From an uncultured Verrucomicrobiae bacterium (GTDB lineage: Bacteria; Verrucomicrobiota; Verrucomicrobiia; Limisphaerales; JAFGQR01), in contig CAWBHS010000062.1 of NCBI GenBank assembly GCA_963788655.1, forward strand, positions 128,001-192,000: 64,000 bases of DNA, written 5' to 3'. A program made the position numbers and the translations under genes. The stretch's first letter is position 1. Every line of letters starts with the position of its first letter. Below, in pieces: positions 40,410 to 51,600 of the stretch. Under the pieces are notes generated by a model. It had not been told where the DNA came from. It saw only the letters and a list, made by a program, of their open reading frames with translations, and searched no databases.

Positions 40410-40967
40410 TTACGCACGTTCCATGTATTTGCCGGTGCGGGTGTCGATCTTGATTTTCTCACCGGTCTTGATGAAGAGGGGGGCGTCCACAATGATTCCC
40501 GTTTCGAGGGTCACCCGTTTCATCACGTTGTTCGCGGAATCACCCCGCACGCCTTCCGGCGCTTCGGATACCTTCAGCACGACGCTCGCAGGCAGTTCGA
40601 CTTGGACGACGCGGTCTTCCACGAACGTCACGGTCACGGCCGCATTCTCCACCAGGTAATTCACCGAATCCCCGACAATCTCCGGGGTGAGGGTGACGGT
40701 TTCATACGTTTCCGGATCGGAGAAAACAAAGTCGTTACCGTCCTTGTAGCTGAATTCCATCTTGCGGGTCATCATCGGCACCACGTCGAGGCGTTCCGTG
40801 GAACTGAACCGGACGTCCGACGATTTCCCGGTGCGAATGCTCCGCAGGGTCGCCTGCACAAACGCGCGCAAGTTGCCCGGCGTACGATGCTGGCAATCCA
40901 GGACAACCGAGACGTCTCCGTTGTAGTTGACCGCCATGCCGCGACGTAAATCATTTGCTGATGCCAT
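40410..40967 (-). CDS. efp: elongation factor P
   Basis: HRTPGNLRAFVQ, PEGVRGDSA, LETG..V.APLFI..GE.IKIDTRTGKY.ERA. Confidence 0.98.
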   Translation of the reverse strand: MASANDLRRGMAVNYNGDVSVVLDCQHRTPGNLRAFVQATLRSIRTGKSSDVRFSSTERLDVVPMMTRKMEFSYKDGNDFVFSDPETYETVTLTPEIVGDSVNYLVENAAVTVTFVEDRVVQVELPASVVLKVSEAPEGVRGDSANNVMKRVTLETGIIVDAPLFIKTGEKIKIDTRTGKYMERA

Positions 40968-41068
40968 AATATCTAAAACACTTCCTCATCGTCCTGCTTC
41001 GTTGCGGACAATGGGACCGCAGAAACTAACGAAGCCAAACCTGATTTCAAGCCCGGATTTCGGCGAGG

Positions 41069-44000
41069 TCACGGCGGCGTCAGTTTCTTGATCGCGTCAT
41101 AAACTTCCGGGGCGTCGGCGCTGCCGTTGAATTCGAATGGCACATACTGGTTTAAATCGTTCAACATCAAGCCCCAGGACGCGCCATTCGCCACGCACAG
41201 TTTCACCACCTGGACCGCATCGGTAACGGATTTGTCGTCCTCGTTCACCACGATGGGCTTGCCGTATTTCTTGAGGGACTTGATTCGGTTAGGGATGTCG
41301 GTCAACCGGGTTCCGTTGAAATGAATCAGGATGAAGTCCGCCGCCTTTGCCACCGCGTCGGCCATCCGGCCATGGCCCAATCCGCTGGCGGAGACGAGCA
41401 ATTCAGGCGCCGTGGCCTTGGCCAACCGGATCAACTCGACTTGTCCTTCCGGCGTGCGAATAATCCGATGGTCAAAGCCGCCATGATCGTATTCGTTGGC
41501 AGTCTCCAGCACGACATTCTTAAACCCGCTGGATTGAATCCATTTCACCGCGTTCACCAATCCGGCGCGCACCGCTTCCTCGTTGCGCAACACCTGGTCC
41601 TGCCGCTGATAAAAGCAACCGAGAATGACGGCGACCCCTCGCCGATCACAGGCCTCGATGACCCGGCGCACACGCTGAAGATATTCCGTCCGCAACGAAC
41701 CGTCGGGTGCGAATGCGGAATTCAACGCGCCTTCATAACCAGGCATGCCGCCTTGCAGGCAGAGCGTAAACGCGCGTATTCCGTGCGTCGCGTAATCGGG
41801 TATCTTCGCAATGAACCGATCCGTGTTGGCCTTGGGATCGAATTCCGGTTTGTGCCGATCTTCGAACGTGCTGTTCACCATCCGCACATTCATCAACAGA
41901 CCTTCGGCGCGCGAGCCGGGATAAGTGACCCGGCCATTGAGATGCCACTTGCCTTTGACGATGTTGATGTGCGTCTGCGGTTGAAAGTCTTTAGCGACGT
42001 CGCGGGGCTTTTCCTCGCGCAACATAACCATTCCCTTCCGTATGGAAAAACTGTCGTCGCCAGAAAACACCAAATGAACAGTGCGACCGTCGGCGCTCAT
42101 CCAGGGGGTGGGCAGATGCATGGATTCGCCCGGGCCAACGTCCCAGGCCTCGGTGGCGAACGCCGTCGTCCAGGGGCCCCACGGTTCCGGCGCATCGTAG
42201 ATCGCGAAGCCACCAGCGAACCGTGTGTCCTCGCCCGCTCCCGTCTGGCACCAGAGATACCGTCGCAATCCGGCGTTGTAGGTGATGCCCGCGCGATAAC
42301 ACTTGCCCGGATTGACGAAGACCGCGCCACGTTCACGAAGGTCTTTCGACCACACCGGTTGGCCGTCGTCGTCGCACCGTTGGAAAAACTCATAAGCGGC
42401 GCGTTTCTGGATGCGGTCTTGCGGCACCCGCGCCAATACAAAGCGGTCGGCTCGTTCGTATGCGGTGTTCGTGTCCGGCGAATACACATACACAAACGAG
42501 TCGCGAGCGCCGGCATAATTGCGTCCGTAGTTCAAGAAAGTTGGACACCCAAAGCTCTCGGTGAATTTCCAATCCGCCCAGGTCCAATTTGCGCTGTGGT
42601 CGGCCGACCAGGCCAGTTGCGCATTGCCTGCATTGCGCGCCCAAAGGTAAAGCACGCCCTCGACGCATAACAGACCGCTGGCTTTCCGGCCGCGGTTGCC
42701 GTCGCCGGTTTGTTCGAGCGAGGGGGCAGTCAGGTTTTCGACGGTCAAATCCTGCGGCATACCGCGAAATCGGGCCAGTCCCAGGCTCAGTTTGCGCGGC
42801 ACGAATGGCTCGAAACCGCGCCCATCGCCATACGCGGTGTAAATCCAGCCATCGTCCGCCCACGTGGACGGCCAATTGTCGCTGCCTTTGGCGCGACGAA
42901 TGATGGTTTCGGCCGGAGCCCATTGAGTATCGCGAATCACCGGGCTAGGCGAGGGGACGGTTGGCCGCGATGGCTGATCTTTGGCGGACGAACGCGGCCC
43001 ATCCTGAACCGCGGCGGCGATCGGCGTGAGGAACGGCTTCAGCACATCGTAATGGTTGGCGTTCGGCGTCCGCTTCCACGACTTGCCAGCGCGCGACACG
43101 ACAATGTCCAGGGAAGGCATCACCACAATGAAACTGTCATACAATCCCCACGACCAATAAGCATCCGTCGGCACACCGGCGAGTGTGCCATCAGCGTTGT
43201 TCCACCAGAGCAGTCCGTAATGTCTGGCAGCCTGGCCATAGGTTTGCGGATTGCGAACCGGCAAGTCCTTTACTCCGGCCACCGGTCGGTGCGCGAGGTC
43301 CACGTAACTGGTTGGCAGGATTTCGCGCCCCCGCCATTGGCCGTGACGCAACATGAGATAGCCGATCCGCGCCATGGCATCCACATCGGCGCTGATGCCG
43401 GCGCCAAATTCACGCCGCGTGATGCCGTCAATGGTTGCCGGCCGGTAACTGTTCTTTCGCCAAACCAAATCGTGCCGCCGGATGCCGAGCGGTGTGAACA
43501 CGCGTTCGAACATCAACTCGTCCACGTCGCGGTGATACGCCAGCGTGATGCACTCGGCCAGCCAGTTGGGACCGGAATCGCTGTAGTCCCATTGGGTGCC
43601 CGGTTTGAATAACAGCGGCGTGTAGCCACCCGGCTTTTCGAAGCCGGCCGTCTGGGTGGCCAGATGCAGAATCGTAATGTCGTCCAGCCAGCCGGTTTTG
43701 GCATTCCTCTCCGGCGGCACCCCCAACGTTGGATGATGCGCACGAGCTTTGTCTGCCAGCCGCAGTTTCCCGTCCTTCAGCGCCAAGCCAAGCGCGATGG
43801 ATCCGAAGGATTTAGTGGTGGACTTGAGGTCGTAACGCTGCCGCGGATCACCCCACGCCATGACGAGCCGACCGTGCCGCGTGATATATCCCGAACCGCC
43901 CCCAGTAAGGGCGTAGTCGCGCGCTTGGGCCAGCTTGGCAGCGTCAAGTCCCATTGCAGCGGGGGTGGCCTTGGGCCAATCTTGGGCGGGCCAACTGGTC

Positions 44001-44077
44001 GAATTGTTCGCAAGAGCAGCCAGACCTTGGAGGGTGAAGAAGCAGATTGCCAGCGAGCAATAAAGCCAGTTGATCAT
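41069..44077 (-). CDS. secreted multidomain protein: beta-lactamase-family serine hydrolase, DUF4185-like domain and TIM-barrel-like domain
   Basis: STTK (SxxK), PG..WDYSD, YGLLWW; GSDNWPSTWADDG...APEPWGPW; C-terminal ANE...HFNG...KPIVVNED. Confidence 0.8.
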   Translation of the reverse strand: MINWLYCSLAICFFTLQGLAALANNSTSWPAQDWPKATPAAMGLDAAKLAQARDYALTGGGSGYITRHGRLVMAWGDPRQRYDLKSTTKSFGSIALGLALKDGKLRLADKARAHHPTLGVPPERNAKTGWLDDITILHLATQTAGFEKPGGYTPLLFKPGTQWDYSDSGPNWLAECITLAYHRDVDELMFERVFTPLGIRRHDLVWRKNSYRPATIDGITRREFGAGISADVDAMARIGYLMLRHGQWRGREILPTSYVDLAHRPVAGVKDLPVRNPQTYGQAARHYGLLWWNNADGTLAGVPTDAYWSWGLYDSFIVVMPSLDIVVSRAGKSWKRTPNANHYDVLKPFLTPIAAAVQDGPRSSAKDQPSRPTVPSPSPVIRDTQWAPAETIIRRAKGSDNWPSTWADDGWIYTAYGDGRGFEPFVPRKLSLGLARFRGMPQDLTVENLTAPSLEQTGDGNRGRKASGLLCVEGVLYLWARNAGNAQLAWSADHSANWTWADWKFTESFGCPTFLNYGRNYAGARDSFVYVYSPDTNTAYERADRFVLARVPQDRIQKRAAYEFFQRCDDDGQPVWSKDLRERGAVFVNPGKCYRAGITYNAGLRRYLWCQTGAGEDTRFAGGFAIYDAPEPWGPWTTAFATEAWDVGPGESMHLPTPWMSADGRTVHLVFSGDDSFSIRKGMVMLREEKPRDVAKDFQPQTHINIVKGKWHLNGRVTYPGSRAEGLLMNVRMVNSTFEDRHKPEFDPKANTDRFIAKIPDYATHGIRAFTLCLQGGMPGYEGALNSAFAPDGSLRTEYLQRVRRVIEACDRRGVAVILGCFYQRQDQVLRNEEAVRAGLVNAVKWIQSSGFKNVVLETANEYDHGGFDHRIIRTPEGQVELIRLAKATAPELLVSASGLGHGRMADAVAKAADFILIHFNGTRLTDIPNRIKSLKKYGKPIVVNEDDKSVTDAVQVVKLCVANGASWGLMLNDLNQYVPFEFNGSADAPEVYDAIKKLTPP

Positions 44078-44244
44078 GCAGTGTATTCTGTCAGGAATCG
44101 CTGCCCTGGCAATCCGCAATACCTGCAGTGACACGGTTTAATGAAAACGCCGGGAGGTCGGATCGCGCGCGGATGTTATCGATTTGTCCTGAATCCAGAA
44201 TTGCCCATGCGTCGCAGGCGCAACGTCGCAGTGGGTTTTGATAA

Positions 44245-45213
44245 TCACGTCACCGCCGAGACTCGTAAATCGCGCAAAGTGCTGAGGCCCACCAACGGCA
44301 CCCCGCGGATTGGGCGCGCGCCGGTTTGTCGCTTCGCCCCGAACTTTTCCCGGTGCAACGCAAAGATCTCGTTCACAAACGCCTTGGATCCCAGCGCGAC
44401 GCCGTCCGTCAGATGCCGCAGACGCAGGCGCAAGATTTGGCTCCGGCTCAACTCGCCGCCTTGGGCCAACACGCGTTTGATTTGTTCCCGGTCCAGCACG
44501 GTTTTACCACTTTGTCCCGCCACGCCGGCTCCCACCAACAAACGTTTCCTGTATTCCGTTGCCGCTTTCTTCCATTCGTCAGTCGGCAGAAAACTCAGCA
44601 ATCCGGCTTGAGCAGTCTTGTTGCCCGCCAGGGCCGACGCGTAACCGCAAAAGCGATAGTCTTTGGGATCCTCCACTAATCCAGCCCGCACCGGATTCAA
44701 ATCAATGTAGGCGGCCAGCGTCTCCACGGCATTTGGCTGATCTTCGACCAACACGCTTTTGAACCGTTCGGCCCACAGAGTGCCAAAGCGTCCGGATTGA
44801 CGATTAAACCAGCGACTGAACCGCTGTTTGAGTTCTTTCATGAACGCGGACACGTCCCCCATCCGTTCCAGCATGGCTTGACGGAGATTCTTGTCCACCT
44901 GGCCGTGATCCATCAGGCTTTTGCGGGCTAATTGAACCAAGACGCCCTGTTTGCCGTATAGCGATTCCAAGCGCCCCACCAACTCCTGGTCCGAAGGATT
45001 CTGACCTTCCGGCACCCGGACGAGGACATGGAAGTGGTTGGACATCATGCAATAAGTGATGACCTCCAGCCCGCAGAACGCTGCCAGTTGCCTGAGGATC
45101 GCAACCAATTTCTCCTTCCCGACATCGTCCAACAAGGGCTGTCCCCCGACAATTCGCGACATACAGTGATACACCGCCCTGTGCCCATGGATCTTGATGC
45201 GTGCCATTCTCAT
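44245..45213 (-). CDS. Y1 (HUH) transposase, REP-associated tyrosine transposase-like
   Basis: YHCMSR, YCMMSNHFHVLV (HUH), FMKELKQRF...N, LW.ERFKS, YIDLNPVRAGLV..P.DY. Confidence 0.9.
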   Translation of the reverse strand: MRMARIKIHGHRAVYHCMSRIVGGQPLLDDVGKEKLVAILRQLAAFCGLEVITYCMMSNHFHVLVRVPEGQNPSDQELVGRLESLYGKQGVLVQLARKSLMDHGQVDKNLRQAMLERMGDVSAFMKELKQRFSRWFNRQSGRFGTLWAERFKSVLVEDQPNAVETLAAYIDLNPVRAGLVEDPKDYRFCGYASALAGNKTAQAGLLSFLPTDEWKKAATEYRKRLLVGAGVAGQSGKTVLDREQIKRVLAQGGELSRSQILRLRLRHLTDGVALGSKAFVNEIFALHREKFGAKRQTGARPIRGVPLVGLSTLRDLRVSAVT

Positions 45214-45606
45214 TGTTGGTCTTGAGCGTGCCACCCCATTGGCATTCGTGTCAATAACTTTGAACCTGTCACTATATCTATCATCGGCCCGTGATGGCCG
45301 AAGTGCCCCGGCGCTGAACGAGCAATTACAGAAACTGGGGTTGGCCGCGCTGTTCGCGACGCCGCCCAAGCCGTAGGATTGTAGCCCGACGAAAACGAGA
45401 AACTCGTCGGTTTGTTGGGCTTTTGGTAGTTCGATCAATGGAGTTAGGCTAAGGCTGCAGGATTCCCCAATCCCAAATTGGCTTCCTCCCGAGAAAAAGG
45501 AGTTGGTTTCGTTCCAGAATTATGATAATAGACTTAACCACACCTAGTTATGCTGTACGTTGTTCAATGCCCGCCGAGTGTCCGGTTTTGATTTGAGGAG
45601 TAACTT

Positions 45607-48600
45607 ATGAAGAAATCCAAAAGAATCCTGCGTTCCCTTCCCTGGTTTTCGTTAATCCTTTTCTTGGGTGCGGGCGGCGTAAACGCCGAGCCGATTCCCG
45701 GCTTGTTCAATACGGGCGTGAACGACAGCGGAGTGCTACTATCCGGTGGCGCGGTCGATGCGCATTGGCAGCTCATGCAAAGCGCGGACGGATCCTATCC
45801 GGGGCCGAACGCTTACGTTGTCAACGACGGCTGGCCTATTCAATCCGGCGTGTGGATGTTGAATGGACCGGACTCGAAATGGATTTCGGCGCGGGCGGAC
45901 CAAAACCAGCAGGTGAATTCGGCATACGGCAATCAGCCGGGTGATTACGTCTTCCGTATCACATGTGACTTAACCGGTTTGGAGCCAAGTACGGCAGTCA
46001 TTACTGGTCAATGGTCGTCGGACAACGCCGGAATCGATGTGCGCTTGAACGGAGTCAGTACCGGCATCAATTCCGACGGCAACTTCGGCGCCTGGACCCC
46101 CATGTTTACCATCGACAGCGGATTTCAGGAGGGAGTGAATGTCTTGGACTTTGTCGTCAACAATGCCGGCACCGCCGTCAATCCCCTCGGCTTTCGCGCG
46201 GAACTGAGCGGCACGGCGGATCCCGGCGCGCCTCCGGGCACGCCACCTTCTATCCTGCAGCACCCAGAATCCGTGGAAGCTGGGCAGGGGAGCGCGGTGT
46301 CCTTCAATGTCCGTGTTTACGGCAGCCGACCCTTTTCCTACCAGTGGCGCTTAAATGGCAATCCTATCTCCGGAGCGAACAGCTCAACTCTGACCGTTCC
46401 CAGTGTCGGCGCGGCGGATGCCGGCGATTACGACGTGGTGGTGACCAATGAGTTCGGCGCGGACACGAGCGATGTGGCCATGCTGTCCCTTGTTTACCTG
46501 AGTCCCGCCCAGTTGACTTACGAGCCCCTGGGGCCATCGAGCCGGCGGACTGGGCTTGTGTTTTCGGAAATCATGTATCACCCGGCCAACCGCGCCGATG
46601 GCCGGAATGTCGAGTTCATTGAGATCTACAATTCCAATCCATTTTTCGAAGATCTCAGCGGGTATCGATTGTCGGGCGAAGTGGATTACACGTTTCCGGT
46701 TGGCACACGCATTGAGGGATTGAGCTATTTGGTCGTGGCCCCGGCTCCTCAGGATGTCCAGGCCACCTATGGTATCGGTGGCGTGGTCGGTGGCTTTACC
46801 AATCGCCTGGCAAACAGTGGCGGCACCTTGCGCTTACAAAAAAAGTCCGATGCGATAGTGTTGGATCTCGCTTACAGCGATCAACCCCCGTGGCCGGTAG
46901 CAGCCGATGGAACCGGACACTCGATGGTGTTGGCGCGACCCTCCTACGGCGAACGGAATCCCAAGGCGTGGGAAGCCAGCGCGTTGGTTGGGGGGTCACC
47001 GGGGGCCCCCGATCCAGTGCCTTCGGGGCCGCTTGAGAATCTCGTCATTAACGAAATCCTTGCGCACACCGACCTGCCCCTCGTGGATTATGTCGAGCTG
47101 TACAATCACAGTCCGCTCGCTGTTAATGTGGGTGGCTGTTGGCTGTCGGATAACCGCGATACCAACAAATTCCAGATTCCGCCGGACACAATGCTGCCGC
47201 CGCGTGGTTTTCTCCATTATGACGAAATGGAGCTGGGATTTGGACTCTCAGCCGACGGAGAAACCGTTTACCTCTGGAGCCCGGACCAACAACGGGTGTT
47301 GGATGTTCTGCGTTTTGATGGCCAGGCGAATGCGATTGCTTTTGGGCGATATCCCGATGGGGCCGAGGGGTTTCAGGAACTTACCGAACGCACGCCGGGC
47401 GAGCCAAATGCCCCGATATTGATCCGGGATGTGGAGATCAACGAAATCATGTACCACCCGATCTCGCAGGATAACGATGATGAGTTTGTGGAACTCTACA
47501 ACCGGGGCGAGAATCCCGTTGACGTCGGCGGATGGCGATTCATGGATGGGATTGATTATGCCTTTCCACCCGGAACGAGCATTGCGGCGGACGGCTATTT
47601 GGTCGTGGCTCGGAATGCGTCCCGCTTGTTGACCAATTATCCGGGGCTTGATCCCCTAATCGTGTTCGGCGATTACGGCGGCAGCCTGTCCGATGCCGGC
47701 GAACGCATCCGTCTCGGCATGCCGGATTCGATTCTGGAAACCAATCTGGCGAACGGCACCATCCTGACCAACTATTTTTTCGTGGTCGTGGACGAGGTGA
47801 CCTATGCGGACGGCGGGCAATGGGGGGAATGGGCTGACGGGGGCGGCAGCAGCCTCGAACTGATTGATCCGCGTAGCGACAACCGTCTGCCGACCAATTG
47901 GAGGGACAGTGATGAAACGGGCAAGGCGCCCTGGACACTGGTCGAACACACCGGTGTTTTGGACAACGGCTCGGGTACGGCTTCCCCGGAATTACAGATC
48001 CATCTTCAGGCGGCCGGCGAAGCTTTGGTTGATGATGTGGAAGTCTTCACGGAGGGCGGCGCCAATCGTATTGCCAATGGCACGTTCGAATCCGGCCCAA
48101 GTGGATGGTTCTTCCAAGGCAATCAACGCCATACTTCCCTGGAGACCTCCGAAGGATACCACAGTGCCCAGTCGCTGCACGTGCGCGCCACCGATCGAGG
48201 CGACACCATTAATCGGGTTCGCGCTCCGTTCACGTCCGCGTTCACTGCCGGCCCCACCGGCACCATCCGAGCGCAGGTACGCTGGTTACGCGGGCTTCCG
48301 GAAATTTTACTGCGAATGAAGGAAAACTACCTGGAAGCCGTGGGCAGGCTCGAGGTGCCGGCCAACCTGGGAACCCCCGGCGCAGCCAATAGCATGGCCG
48401 TCGCCAACGCGGGGCCGGCCATTACCGCGGTCACCCATCGTCCGGCCTTGCCCGCCGCCAATCAGCCGATTCGGGTGCTGGCTCGGGTGCGGGATACCGA
48501 CGGCGTTGGCTCGGTCGTTGTGCGTTACCGCATCGATCCATCCACGACGTTGACGGAGATTCCCATGATGGATGATGGTAGCGAAGGCGATTTGGTGGCC

Positions 48601-51600
48601 GGCGACGGGATATACGCGGCGGTGATTCCCGCGCAACCAAATTCCACGCTGGTAGCCTTCCGCGTGGAAGCCGCCGACGCGGCTGACATTCCCGCGGGCA
48701 GTCAGTTTCCGGCGGATGCGCCCGAACGCGAATGTCTCGTCCGCTTCGGTGAATTTGTGCCGGCGGGCTCGTTGGGCAGCTACCGCCTGTGGATGACTCG
48801 AGCGACGTTTGATTTCTGGACCAGTCGGGAAAAGATGAGCAACGAAGCGCTGGACACCACGTTCGTTTATGGCAATTACCGGGTCATCTATAATACCGGT
48901 TCCTATTTCGCCGGCAGTGCCTGGTCCAGCCCGGGATATACCACGCCCTCGGGGGTATTGTGTGGTTACGATGTGCTGTATCCCGACGATGAACCGTTCC
49001 TGGGGGACAACCATGTCATTCTGGATTGGCCCAATCGCGATTCAACTTTTCTGCGGGAGCATACTATGTATTGGCTGTTGGATCAGGCCGGGCTGCCGAA
49101 CTTGTATCGCCGGAATATTCATTTGTTCGTGAATGGAGCCCGTCGCGGCACGCTCTACAACGATGCCCAGCAACCGGGCGGTGACATCATCGAAGAATGG
49201 TTTCCGAACCATGCCGAAGGGGACTTGTATAAAACCAGTTTCTATTTTGAATTTAACGATGCGGGAGTACGCCAGGGCGGCACGCCCAATACCTTGGAAC
49301 AATTCCTGACCACGGGCGGAGAAAAGAAGACGGCCCGTTACCGCTGGTGTTGGAAACCCCGCACGATTCACGGGAGCGCCAATGACTTTGCGCCCTTGTT
49401 TGAATTGGTGGACGCATTGAACAGTCCAGCGGGCAGTTACCTTCCCGCCGTGGAACACGTCGTGGATGTGGAGAATTGGATGCGCACCTTCGCCGGAAAT
49501 GACCTCGCCTCTTACTGGGATGCGTTTGGTAATCCCAACTATAAAAACACCTACCTCTACAAACCAAAGGGAGCGGGGTGGAAATTAATCTGCTGGGATT
49601 TCGATGTGGGTCTGGGCACGGGAAACGGCGGGGGCCAATATCAGGAACGGTACGATGCGGCGCTGTTCGATACGGCGAATGAGCAGGCCATTGCCCGGAT
49701 GAATAATACGCCTTCGATCGTGCGCCATTATTGGGCCGCACTGGACGAGGCGGTGCATAGCTTTTTTCAACCTTCCGCGGTTCAGGAGTTCCTGGCGAAT
49801 CGCTATGCGGCTTATCAAGCCGAGGGGATTAGCACGGATTCGCCATTTGTGCCCACCGGCCAGGTACCCTCCGGTGAGCCGCAACGCTCTATTCCGGATT
49901 GGATCACCGTGCGCCGCAATTTCATTCTGGGCGAACTGGCCAAAGTGGACGCTGCTTTTGCCGTGAACGGTCCCACAGAGCTGACGGTGGATACCAACTT
50001 AATAACGCTTGGCGGCTCCGCGCCCGTGGCCGTGAAAACCATCACCGTTAACAGCACTGCTTACCCGGTAACTTGGACTACCGTGAGCAACTGGACCGTG
50101 CGCGTGGTTTTGGCGGCCGGCGAAAATAATCTCACCATCGAAGGGATGGATCGTTTGGGTAATCCAGTCGTCGGGGCGAGTGCGACGTTGTCCGCGACCT
50201 TCACCGGCGCGGATGTTTCGCCGGTGGACGTAGTGGTGATCAATGAAATCATGTATAACCCGCTGGTGCCGGGTTCCTCGTTTATCGAGCTTTACAATAC
50301 CTCCACGACGCATTCGTTCGACCTGTCCGGGTGGCGTCTTAATGGACTTGACTACACGTTTCCGGTCGGAAGCGTTATTACGAACGGTCAGTATTTAGTC
50401 CTGGCCAAGAACACGATCGCCTTGGTGAATTCACTGGGCAATACCGTGGCGGTGTTCGACGAGTTCAATGGGACGCTCGCCAATGATGGAGAAACACTCA
50501 CCTTGTCCATGCCGGGCTCAATTCCCGGGGAGGAAATTGTGGTGGACCGGGTCACCTACGATAACTTGCCACCGTGGCCCTCCGCCGCGAATGGTCAGGG
50601 ACCATCCATACAGTTAATCGATCCCTTGCAGGACAATAATCGGGCGAGCAATTGGTCCGATGGCCAGGGCTGGCGGTTCTTCAGTTTCACCCGGACGTCC
50701 GGCTTTCAAACCAGTTCTCGGCTTTCGTTCTTCTTTAACAACGAGATTGGTGATGTGTATCTGGATGATGTTGCTTTAGTAGAAGGAGACGTGCCTGGCG
50801 CCGGAACAAACCTGTTGACCAATCCCGGCTTTGAGGATGGCTTCGATTCCTGGGGGATTGGGTATGTGGCTACCAATTCGGTGTTGGTTACCAATGATGC
50901 GCATTCCGGTCAGAACAGTGCGCATGTAATCTTCAATCCGGCTGGAGGAGGTACGCCCGTTCTCACGGCATTTTATCAGGATATTCCGGACGTCACTCAG
51001 TACACTACCTACACTCTGAGTTTCTGGTACAAAACAGGCGCACCAGGACACTCGTTCAGGGCCCGGCTGAATTCGACTTTCTACCCGACACTCCCAATGG
51101 AGGTAATGCAAGCAACTCCCGGCGCTGCGAACATAGGCACCGCAACGTTGCCGGCCTATCCGCTCCTCTGGCTCAGCGAAGTCCAGCCAAACAATCAGAA
51201 CACCGCCTGGGATAACGCCGGTGAAGCAGATCCGTGGATTGAAATTCACAATGGCAGTGCGGCGCCCATCAGTCTGGACGGCATGGTCCTGTCCGATCAA
51301 CTGACGGACCCGGCGGCCTGGGCGTTTCCGGCGGGCGCCGAACTGCAACCTAACGAATACCGGGTGATCTGGGCGGATGGCTCACCAGCGCAGAGCGACG
51401 CGGTTAATTGGCACGCGAACTTCCGGCTGAATCCCACCAACGGCACGGTCTATCTCTCCCGGATGCTCAGCGGTTCGCCACAGATCCTGGATTATTTGCA
51501 CTACTTCGGGGCCGAAGCCGATCAGTCCTTTGGCGCGTATCCGCCGAACCAGAACAGCTACCGCGAATGGTTCTATTATCCGACCCCCGGGGACACCAAT

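Noticed and set aside
45214..45438. 75-aa N-terminal extension of the Y1 transposase in the ORF track
   Set aside because: Family-like sequence begins at MRMARIK (45213); the upstream part looks non-coding.
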